Assembly (NCBI RefSeq): GCF_036365525.1
Contig: NC_090395.1
Location: 65,249,326 to 65,313,325, forward strand
Reading direction: 5' to 3'
Length of the DNA stretch: 64,000 nt
Source: Heterodontus francisci
Lineage: Eukaryota
In this document: positions 52,101 to 62,841 of the stretch, piece by piece
Layout of the letters: each line of letters starts with the position of its first letter
Position numbering within the stretch: position 1 is the first letter of the stretch
Program-made: the position numbers and the translations under genes
Notes under the pieces: generated by a model
Told to the model about the DNA's origin: nothing
Database searches by the model: none
Seen by the model: the letters and a program-made list of their open reading frames with translations, nothing else

Positions 52101-55100
52101 GAAACAGTATAAACATGAGAGGTTTTTGAAGCCAAATTTAGAAATGTTGAATCCTCAAACAACGCTATGCAATGAAGGGACATTTAAGGTAAAAAGTTTA
52201 CTTTACATTTTTATGGATATTCTGGATATTCTAAGATATTTTTGCTGTAACATTAGTAAGGTTAAACTTTTGGATTCTATGTTAGAAATAAGATTATGTG
52301 TTACATCTTTTAGTCATATTTGATATTGTTATATACTTATCCACTGAAGTGTATTGCATGTTAAATTCTTTAATAAATCTATAAAAGTCAATAAATCATC
52401 TCACGTAGCATTCTGTATGCAACCACAAAGAACCCCCTTTCTGTATCTCTTTAAGTGGAGAGATATGTATTGAAGAGAATTCTCAGACCCTTATAATATC
52501 TGGGATATTTATGACTTAGCTTATTTTAATAATTACGGCTATCTGAAAGATGGTAATATTCTCTGTTGGTTTTCTTTATTTGAGTGAAAACTAGTACAAT
52601 TCTTTGGAGCCAAATAAGTGTCTCTGAGAATTTGTCTGGTTTGAACTTGATTAAAGGAGATTCAAAGGGATGTACTCCTGATTTGATTTAGTCCCTATTA
52701 GGGATTAAAGTCATAAATCACTTCATCCCAGTGACGCCAACACTGAGCTCCTGTATCCTTGTCACCTCCTTTCACCAGTCGAGGCCCGGAAGCCCTGTGA
52801 TTTCCATCCATCATCAGATAAATGCACAATGGAGAACAATATTGCTGTGTATTGGGCTCTCATGTACCTTAATTGCCTTCCCGCCTTGTGGATGTATGAC
52901 GTCCGCCCTCCATGTTGATTGCCAACAGTAAAATCCAGAAGGGATGTCACGATGTCGAACTTCCTGTCTGATGCCTCCTGTCCCTATTTTATGCCCCCCC
53001 GCCCCCCACCTCTGTTCCCCTCAAACGGCCCCTTAAAATACAGCCCAATATTGCTGTAAGAGACTGGGATTGATTTTATGCAAACCGACTCCTGTCTTCC
53101 CATTTCCTGAACTTTTCAACACCTACTGCTAGGGCCCCAGAAAAAATTGGAACGCTGAACATGTTGGTGAAGTAAAGCCCACTTCCCGTGGGCTCTGGAA
53201 TATTTGCTCTTCGACTGTAAAAGAAGAGGAAGATCAGCCCAGGGAAATATAAAGGATATGAGTAGGACATCTCAACATAGCAGTGTGGAAAAGAAAGGAG
53301 AAAAACATGAATTCTATCAGTCTAATTTAGTTAATCTCTGTAAAGAAAAGGTGGGTTTTATCAGAAACCCTTGAAATCTGCTTTAGTGCCAAAGCTAAAA
53401 AGAATAGAATCAATTGTAAGTTTCACCACAGATTACAAAGGGTCTGGAATCTGTATAATGTATTTGTCCCTCCAGTTCAGCATTTTAAAAAGGACTCAGT
53501 TAGTTGAAGATTACTTTCATACTTATGACACAATATTGAATTCAACTTTTAAGAGACTAACCTGGTTGTTCCAGTTCTGTGAAAAGCAGTGGTGAGAGCT
53601 GTAGTAACAGAAGCCTCAGTAGTTTCTGTCACCTTGGTGGTTGGGCCCATTGTTGACCTCTGTACTGGGCCTATAACAGATGAACTTGCTGATCATTTTA
53701 TCCCGAAAAGCACTTTTCATATACAGTTTACTCCTCTTAATTGAGTCATATAATGATCTAATCAATCATTTTTAAAAGGAATTTCCCACTTTGTATTGTT
53801 TGTGTTGCTTAATTCAAATGATCAGATCATTCCTGCTTTTTTAGGGAAACATTTGACTGAATTAGCAGCACTGGACTGTGGCACAAAAGGATGAAATCAG
53901 AGACACCGACAACAATATACATGGCTAGTGAATTTCAGCTTGGTGGCTCCTAGCTGAATATCTGGTGCTGGTTTTCCTCCTCCTGTGTGAGTTGGCAGAG
54001 GTTCTGATCACAGAGCGATCGATTGGCATTGGGGAAGTGACACGATAACAACGGGTTGTATTTTACCAGCCCACTGGAGACAGGCTGGGAGGTGGGAGGC
54101 TGCAGAAGACGGCAGCGAAAGGTGTCAGGAGGGGAGTCCATGTTTCCTCGCTGCCATGGGATATTACCAGTGACGGGAAGCTCAACGGTGCTGCCACCAG
54201 CTGAGCAGAGGCGGACGGCCAATTAAACCAATTAGTTGCTCAATTAAAGGCCACTTCCCATTCTGGCAGCCTTCCCGGGGTGGGGGTCCTCCTGTACGGC
54301 CACTCCCTGGTCCATGAGGGATCCCTGGCGCCCCCAAGGCTATGTTGCCATCGCTGGAGGGTGCAGCCCTATGACCGGGTCTGTGTGCCTGAACCCAGCT
54401 TGGTAAAACAAAACCTATCTTGCCTTTGAGGGTGCCTCAGGATGGAGGTTCCCTATCCTCCTTCCTGCATCCTCAGCAGTGGCCACTTCTATCGGTGGTG
54501 CTGCTGAGACTGCTGAGCTATCGGCCCTCTGATTGGGCTGGCAGCTTGGCGAGGCGGCCCCCATCCTCAATTGGACAGCAATGACGGCCGCAGCCTCTTA
54601 ATTGCCCACTGCTGCTAAAATGCCACCCAGTGTCCCTCTGCTCACCCACGTGGGTTCAGGTCTTGCTTTCGGCCCTGGCGACAGGACAACCCTTTCGATG
54701 AGAAAATTCCGGCTGTGAACAGAACAATTGCCAGCGAAATCCTTTCAGTCGGAACATGTTTTTCCAGTCTGTTTCTCTTGCCTCCTTCCTGACGGAGTGG
54801 AAGGATCTTGCTCTGGAAATCCAGTGTCCCCATGAGCCGGGTACCCCAGTAAATGGGCGTCCACCCCTTTGGTGCAAATGAACCTGCCCCTGGGATTAGC
54901 ACAGGGTTACTGTCAGAGCAAACTGGGGAGAATTTCTGGTTTTAAATGTTTCAATTTGGACAGAATAAATGAAATAGAAATACATTAGTCATCTTACCTT
55001 CAGAAACTTCTAATTTTACAGACATCTTGATATTTTGTCCAAGTGTTGGCATTTCTATCACACACCAATAATATCCTTCATCATTCTTCGTGAGGTTATC

Positions 55101-58100
55101 CATGGTTACTGAAAATATCCTTTGTGTTTTGTTATCAGTCAGTGAGAATCTTCCTTTTTTTGGTTTATCAGTAGAAACCACCACCTCAGAAGATAAGTAA
55201 TAATAACCTTCACGCCATTGTTTAACATGGTCCTTGTAATTCCGATCATACTGACAGTCCACAGTGACTGATCCTCCCAATTCACCATGAACCTTCTCGG
55301 GTCCAGTTAATTGAAATGAACCTGTTGGCATATTAATGATGAAAGATTATTAACAACTCTGGCAGGATCAACAAAAACAGTATTTCATCAAATAAACACT
55401 GCTGTTCCTGTTGTTATGGCAATCTTCATTGTAATTACAGATCGAATCCCATTTTTAATATCAAATTCTTTCTGCTGATTCTCATGTCACCAGCACTGTT
55501 ACTGAAATTATTGCATATACTCTGGTTTTGATCCTGATTTTCCTCAATATGGAGTCCTGTGATTTCCTGTTGTGAGCTGGTTGTGGAGCCAGATTCCCCA
55601 CAATCACTGCATTCTGACAAAATCATTCCTGTCATCATTGTTGATTTATATTCTTTATTTACACAGATCATCGCTATTCAGACAAACTAAAAATCTTTCA
55701 GAAAAACAATTTCTTTCATTCTTTCTGACAGTTTCTCTCAGTCTGCCCATTTCTAAGCCCAGTTATTTTATTTCACTTTCTACAGTTGAGTTATCTGGGC
55801 CTAAACTGCTTTTTCTGATCATAGAAACAGTGAAACATTTGGAACAGGTGTGGGCCACTCACCCGCCTTGGCTCCATATCCCTCGATGAAAGGTTACAGA
55901 CCTGAAACGTTAACTCTGTTTCTCTCTCCACAGATGCTGCCTGACCTGCTGAGTATTTCCAGGACTTTCTGTTTATAAATCAGATTTTCAGCATCTGCAG
56001 TATTTTGCTTTAATTTCTTGCACGAACTGTTAGGACCAGACAGTTCGGGCAATATACTCTGTCTGTCTTCTGGAGAAAAAGACTAGATTTATGGAAGTGG
56101 TGGGTTGATATGTGATGGAGGATGGGAGTGTGGGTGTAGCTACACCAGATGGATTGCAGTGGTTCAAGATGGCAGCTCACTACCACCGTCTCAAGGGCAA
56201 TTAGGGGTGGGCATCAAATGCTGGCACTGCCAGCAAAACCCATATCCCAAGAAATGAATTTAAAAGGAAAACACATCAGGAATATTAGCATGCACTGACT
56301 TACTACAGGATATATTTGCTGACCAATCAGGAGCAAGAACAATAGCTAATACTGACCAATCACAGAATACAATAGCCAACCAATCATCAGCAAGAACAAT
56401 AACATGTACCCACCAATCACAGAGACACTCAGCCTGACCAATCATCAACAAGATCCCGCCCATCCTCCATCACCAAAAAACCCACCTTTTCGACAGATTC
56501 AGACTTTTCTCCAGAAGATGGGCAAAGTATGTTGCCTGAAATGTTCTTCTAAGTGATTGTCTTCAAGGAAAGATTGTCTTTTTTCTGAGCAATTCACATG
56601 GTGTAAATCTTCAATTGTCTTACTGAAGATGCAGTTCTTGTTCATATTACAAATTGTTGTCTTTGAAGTATTTTGTGAAGTTGCTGATTCAAATATTGTT
56701 TAACAACAATAATTTGCATTTATACAGCGCATTTAACACAATAAAACGTCCAAGGTGCTTCACAGGAGCATTATAAAGCAAAATAAGATACCGACACACA
56801 TAAGGAAATATTAAGTCAGTTGACCAAAAGTTTGGTCAAAGAGGTAGGTTTTAAGGAGTGTCTTAAAGGAGGCAAGCAAAGTAGAGAGGCAGAGAGGTGT
56901 AGGGAGGGTTTTCCAGAGCTTTGGGCCTCGGCAACTGAAGCTGCAGCCACCAATTGTGGAGCAATTAAAATCAGGTTTGTTCAAGAGGCCAGAATTAGAG
57001 GAGCACTGATATCTCGGAGGATTGTGTGGCTGGATATGATTACAGAGATAGGGAGGGGTGAGGCCAGGGAGGGATTTGAAAACAAGGATGAGAATTTTAA
57101 AATCAAGTGTTGCTTGACAGGGAGCCAGTGTAGGTCAGCAAGCACAGGGATGATAGGTGCATGGGGTCTGTCGTAGTCACATAGGATGTCATTTGTGACT
57201 TTGATAAGAACTGTTTCGGTACTGTGGCAAGGGTGGAAACATAGAAACATGGGAAAATAGGAGCAGGAGTAGGCCATTCGGCCTGTCGAGCCTGCTCCAC
57301 CATTCATTGCAATCATGGCTGATCATCCAAACTCAGTAACCTGTTCCTGTTTTCTCCCCGTATCCCTTGAAACCTGACAGGAAGGATTCAAACATGGAAT
57401 TCCAGGAAAGATGGGAAATGGATTTGGGAGGCGACAACACCTTCAAGGACTTTGGAGAGGAAAAGAATTCTGGATGGAACCCTACGTGAATTGGGTGCAA
57501 GTAGAGGGACCTAATTTCTGTGGGGGTCTGATATCCAACACAGCAGCAGGTTTAATGGGACGCTGTACCAATATTTAACATATCCAATAATGAGCTGCTA
57601 AACTACCCAAACCCCACCCCTCCGAGGACTTCACAGGAGCCAGAAAGCTGGCAGAGCCAGGCTGAGAGCACCCACTGTATGGGCACTCCTGAGGTAGACA
57701 TGACATGAAAATTGTTCCTCTTTTCATGCAGGATAGCAATGAGAAATGTAGTATGAGGACAGGAAGATTAAGATAGTTTCTTTGTGACACTGTTGGTATG
57801 TTAACACACACACAGCATTGCAAAATAAGGACGTGAGCTGTGCAGATTGGTTCACAACAGAGCATTTGGGAAATAGTTATAGAGGGGCTGGTTGTAGAGC
57901 TCACCATGAAAAGCCACAGGTCTATCAGCTCTGAGCTGGTACTGAGAAATATGGTCAAATAATTCCTAGTAAACTCATAAGTCACCTTACAAATGGTTTT
58001 AAAAAAAAATGATTTATTTGAGTTTCGGAGGTTGGGTAAAACACAATATGAAGAAACACTTGAGGCACCCATTCAATTTCTGTTCTGATGCAATTCATTT

Positions 58101-58643
58101 TTGCTGAATTGAAGTCACAGATTGTGTTTTTCTTTCTCCAAATCTACTTCAGTTCTAAACATTAGTATTTCACACAGTTTGTCTTCGAAGAGACAAATGT
58201 GTTCGAGGTTCACCATTTTTCTTTGCAGTCTTCAGAAGGAACTCTATGTGAAGCGCCTTGGATCATTTTAACAAGTTGCATTATGTCGCATCGTTAACTT
58301 AGTGTTCTAAATAAAAAGGAAATGCAGTTAGATTCCTGCCATTGATAAGGAGCTAGAGTTTCAGGAAGGACAGAGCTGCAACAGGAAAGCACAGAAAGAA
58401 GAAAAGGTGATTGAAGATACAGGAGAAGCAGATGAATATCATAAAAATGAACTGATAAGACCAAGTGTGGTTCACCTTTCGCTCACCACAACAGAATTAC
58501 GGGCGACAGAGTAAGTAGAAGTTTCTGGTCTTCACCAGCTCTGATGACAAAAGTGCTTTTTCATAACATTAAGGAACAGGATTTTAAAAAAGAGACTTAC
58601 TTGATGCAGACATAAGAATCAAAAGAGCAATTAATTCCATCAT
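46072..58643 (-). CDS. Gene B: activating-type CD300/pIgR-like receptor, ~247 aa; exons 58601-58643, 54998-55321, 53562-53670, 47856-47933, 47471-47577, 46072-46154
   Basis: GT-AG introns with phases 1,1,2,2,1 give a 744-nt ORF; Arg in the TM; short tail without ITIMs. Confidence 0.8.
47471..47577 (-). CDS. Gene B transmembrane exon with charged Arg
   Basis: cttgtttaatcag acceptor and gtataa donor; reads RDDKLKSHRIWPIFRWLLVGALVICTVSVTCFAEGP; phase 2 to 1 as in the gene A TM exon. Confidence 0.8.
47856..47933 (-). CDS. Gene B stalk exon 2
   Basis: Identical to 26445-26522. Confidence 0.65.
47945..53046. mobile_element. Duplicated PIF/Harbinger relic
   Basis: Same insertion site and ORF fragments as 26534-31369 (48221-48574 Myb/SANT; 50828-51061 transposase). 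Confidence 0.8.
53562..53670 (-). CDS. Gene B stalk exon 1 (GPVQRSTMGPTT...)
   Basis: Two substitutions relative to gene A; splice sites intact. Confidence 0.82.
54998..55321 (-). CDS. Gene B IgV exon lacking the second disulfide (KQWREGYYYLSS)
   Basis: Five substitutions relative to gene A; canonical Ig Cys/Trp and splice sites intact. Confidence 0.92.
58601..58643 (-). CDS. Gene B leader exon (identical to gene A)
   Basis: MMELIALLILMSAS followed by gtaagt. Confidence 0.85.
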
Positions 58644-59447
58644 TCTGGACTGTTTCTAGCAGGTGAATTAACCGTGCTCAGACATCTGAGCTTTGCTTTC
58701 TTTGAGTCGGTTGGTTTTTGTAGGTCACTTCCTCATTCATCCTGTAGTCAAATAAACCATTTCCTCTTTCACAATAAGGAAGAGGTCTGGGGCCAAGTGC
58801 AAACGCTGAACCCATGCTCCCCACCCAGAATAAAGGACTGGGGTGTTATTTTAAGTGGTTTGAGACACTTACCCCCATTACATTCAGAGACTTAGCAGTA
58901 AATTCATGAAATCTCTTTTTCACGCATATTTATGCAACCTCTAATACACAGTATTCACATACAATACTGTTTTATACTCTTATTACACATTCATACTTCT
59001 ACAAGCTTACTCACAACATTTATAAAAAGAAAATATTCTCCGCTGATTCTATCACCATGACAACAGAAAAATGGCCACTGAGGAAGTTGTAACTTTCCCC
59101 CAAATTTCTTTGAAGAATTTAATTTTCTCGAAGTATATATGTGCAGGACTTAAACAAGCTATGATGTGTATTCTGATTAACAAGAACACTGGTGAATGAA
59201 GCAATTAGAAAAGTTTATAATCCTAAAAGCAGTAATGATACATTTCTCACCCTTCTCTTTTCCAGTGAGAAGATGGCTAATTTATATAATTGCTCCTCAT
59301 AATTCAATCCTTCCATCCCTCCATTCACTCAGTCATTCTGGTTGCTCTCCTCTGCATCCTTTCAGTAGCTGCAATATCCTTTTGTACCACCTGTCCGTTA
59401 TATTGGATATATTGGTTATATTGGGTAAAACACAATATGAAGAAACA

Positions 59448-61965
59448 TAGAACAGTACAGCACAGTACAGGCCCTTCGGCCCACGATGTTGTGCCGAACC
59501 TTTAACCTACTCTAAGATCAAACTAACTACCTACCCTTCATTCTAATATCATCCATGTACCTATCTAAGAGTCGCTTAAATGCCCCTAATGTATCTGCTT
59601 CTACTACCACCGCTGGCAGTGCTTTCCACGCACCCACCACTCTCTGTGTAAAGAACAACCTCTGATATCTCCCCGAAACCTTCCTCCAATCACCTTAAAA
59701 TTATGCCCCCTGGTGATAGCCCTTTTCACCCTGGGAAAAAGTCTCTGGCTATCCACTCTATCTATGCCTCTCATCATCTTGTACCCCTCTATCAAGTCAC
59801 CTCTCATCCTTCTTCGCTCCAATGAGAAAAGCCCTAGCTCCCTCAATCTTTCTTCGTAGGACATGCCCTCCAGTCCAGGCAGCATCCTGGTAAATCTCCT
59901 CTGCACCCTCTCTAAAGCTTCCACATCTTTCCTATAATGAGGCGACCAGAACTGAACACAATATTCCAAGTGTGGTCGAACCAGGGCCTTATAGAACTGC
60001 AGCATAACCTCGCAGCTCTTAAACTCAATCCCCCTGTTAATGAATGCCAACACACCATACGCCTTCTTAACAACCCTATCAACTTGGGTGGCAACTTTGA
60101 GCGATCTATGGACATGGACCCCAAGATCCCTTTGTTCCTTCACACTATCAAGAATCCTGTCTTTAAGCCTGTATTCCGCATTCAAATTCGACCTTCCAAA
60201 ATGAATCACTTCACACTTTTCCAGGTTGAACTCCATCTGCCACTTCTCAGCCCAGCTCTGCAATGTGTCAATGTCCCATTGTAACCTACAACGGCCTTCC
60301 ACACTATCCACAACTCCAGCAACCTTTGTGTCATCGGCAAACTTGCTAACCCAGCCTTCCACTTCCTCATCCAAGTCATTTATAAAAATCACAAACAGCA
60401 GAGGTCCCAGAACAGATCCTTGTGGAACACCACTGTCACCGAGCTCCATGCTGAAGACTTTCCATCTACTACCACCCTCTGTCTTCTATGGGCCAGCCAA
60501 TTTTGTATCCAGACAGCCAACTTCCCCTGTATCCCATGCCTCCTCACTTTCTCAATGAGCCTACCATGGGGAACCTTATCAAACACCTTGCTAAAATCCA
60601 TCTCCACCACATCCACTGCTCTTCCTTCATCAATGTGTTTTGTCACATCTTCAAAGAATTCAATAAGGCTTGTGAGGCATGACCTGCCCCTTACAAAGCC
60701 ATGCTGACTGTCTCTAATCAAACCATGCTTTTCCAAATAATCATAAATCCTGTCTCTCAGAATCCTCTCCAATAATTTGCCCACTACCAACATAAGACTG
60801 ACTGGTCTATAATTCCCTGGGTTATCCCTATTCCCTTTCTTGAACATGGGAACAACATTTGCCACCCTCCAATCATCCGGTACTACTCCAGTGGACAGTG
60901 AAGACGCAAAGATCATCACCAAAGGCGCAGCAATCTCTTCCCTCGCTTCCCGTAATATCCTTGCGTATATCCTGTCTGGCCCCGGGGACTTATCTGTCCT
61001 CATATCATTCAAAATTTCCAGCACATCCTCCCTCTTAACCTCAACCTGTTCGAGCATATCAGCCTGTTCCACGCTGTCCTCACAAACGACCAGGTCCCTC
61101 TCACTAGTGAATACTGAAGCAAAGTATTCATTTAGGACCTCCCCTACCTCCTCCGACTCCAGGCACAAGTTCCCTCCACTATCCCTGATCGGCCCTACCC
61201 TCACTCTGGCCATCCTCTTGTTCCTCACATAAGTGTAGAACGCCTTGGGATTTTCCTTAATCCTACCCGCCAAGACTTTCATGTCCCCTTCTAGCTCTCC
61301 TAAGTCCATTCTTCAGTTCCTTCCTGGCTACCTTGTAACGCTGTAGAGCCCTGTCTGATCCTTGCTTCCTCAACCTTAAGTAAGCTTCCTCCTTCCTCTT
61401 GACTAGCTGTTCCACATCTCTTGTCATCCAAGGTTCCTTCACCCTACAATCCCTTCCCTGCCTCATCTGGCCAAACCTATCCAGCAGTCGCAGCACGTGC
61501 TCCCTAAATAACCTCCACATATCTGTCGTGCATTTCCCTGAGAACATCTGTTCCCAATTTATGCTCCCCAGTTCCTGCCTAATAGCATTGTAATTCCCCC
61601 TCTCCCAATTAAATATTTTCCCATCCCGTCTGCTCCTGTCCCTCTCCATGACTATAGTAAAGGTCAGGGAGTTGTGATCACTATCACTGAAATGCTCTCC
61701 CACCGATAGATCTGCCACCTGGCCTGGTTCGTTGCCAAGCACCAAGTCCAACATAGTCTCCCCTCTAGTCAGCCTATCTACATATTGAGTCAGGAAACCT
61801 TCCTGGACACACCTGACAAAAACTGCTCCATCCAAACTATTTGCACTAAGGAGGTTCCAATCAATATTAGGGAAGTTGAAGTCACCCATGACAACAACCC
61901 TGTCGCTTCTGCACCTTTCCAAAATCTGCCTCCCAATCTGTTCCTCCGTGATCTCTGTTGCTATT
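59448..61965 (-). mobile_element. CR1 LINE, 5'-truncated, relatively young, in the intron downstream of the orphan leader
   Basis: Long overlapping ORFs 61263-61922, 60389-61309 and 59604-60449 (GDFNFP, NYRPVSL, PQGSVLGP, KFADD). Confidence 0.93.
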
Positions 61966-62551
61966 GGGGCGGGGGGGGGGGGGTGGGCAGGGTGTGAGGG
62001 GCACCCATTCAGTTTCTGTTCTGATGCAATTCATTTTTGCTGAATTGAAGTAACAGACAGTGTTTTTCTTCAAATCTATTTCAGTTCTAAACATTAGTAT
62101 TTCACACAGTTTGCCTTCTAAGAGACAAATGTGTTCTAGGTTCACTATTTTTCTATGCAGTCTTCAGAAGGAACTCTGTGTGAAGCGCCTTGGATCATTT
62201 TAACAAGTTGCATTATATCGCATCGTTAACTTAGTGTTCTAAATAAAAAGGAAATGCAGTTAGATTCCTGCCATTGATAAGGAGCTAGAGTTTCAGGAAG
62301 GTCAGAGCTGCAACAGGGTAGAAGTAACCAGATGGGAAAGCACAGAAAGAAGAAAAGGCGATTGAAGATACAGGAGAAGCAGATGAATATCATAAAAATG
62401 AACTGATAAGATCAAGTGTCGTTTACCTTTAGCTCACCACAACAGAATTACAGGTGATAGAGTCAGTCATGGTTTCTGGTCTTCACCAGCACAGTTGACA
62501 AAAATAGTTTTAATAACATTAAGGAATAAGATTTTAATAAAAGAGACTTAC

Positions 62552-62591
62552 TTGATACAAACGTAAGAATCAAAAGAGCAATTAATTCCAT
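62552..62591 (-). CDS. Orphan diverged leader exon (MELIALLILTFVS), probably the native first exon of the activating gene
   Basis: gtaagt donor, phase 1. Flanking 61995-62840 is a diverged paralog of gene A intron 1 and promoter (37090-37920). Confidence 0.75.
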
Positions 62592-62841
62592 AATTCTTGA
62601 CTGTTTCTGGTGGTTGAATTAACTGTGACCATAAGCTGTGCTGTGTTTTCTTTGAGTCGGTTGGTTTTTGAAGGTCACTTCCTTATTCGTCCAGTAGTTA
62701 AATAGACCATTTCCTTTTTCACAATAAGGAAGAGGTCTGGGGCCAAGTGCAAACGCTGAACCCATGCTCCCCACCCTGAATAAAGGACTGGGTTCTTATT
62801 TTAGGTGGTTTGTGACACCTACTCTCCATAGCATTCAGAGA

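Larger units (their letters stand above)
47655..59407. repeat. ~12-kb segmental duplication, copy 2 (gene B promoter to stalk)
   Basis: Near-identical to ~26244-38435 except a ~704-bp deletion and indels within the Harbinger element. Confidence 0.95.

Noticed and set aside
33322-55321. The two IgV exons as domains of one multi-domain pIgR gene
   Set aside because: Each IgV has its own leader, stalk and TM exon, so these are separate single-domain genes. No gene symbol assigned because orthology cannot be determined here.
47655-59407. Duplication as an uncollapsed haplotype or assembly artefact
   Set aside because: Each copy connects in phase to a different TM/tail, and the junction has a repair-type scar; read-level confirmation is still needed.
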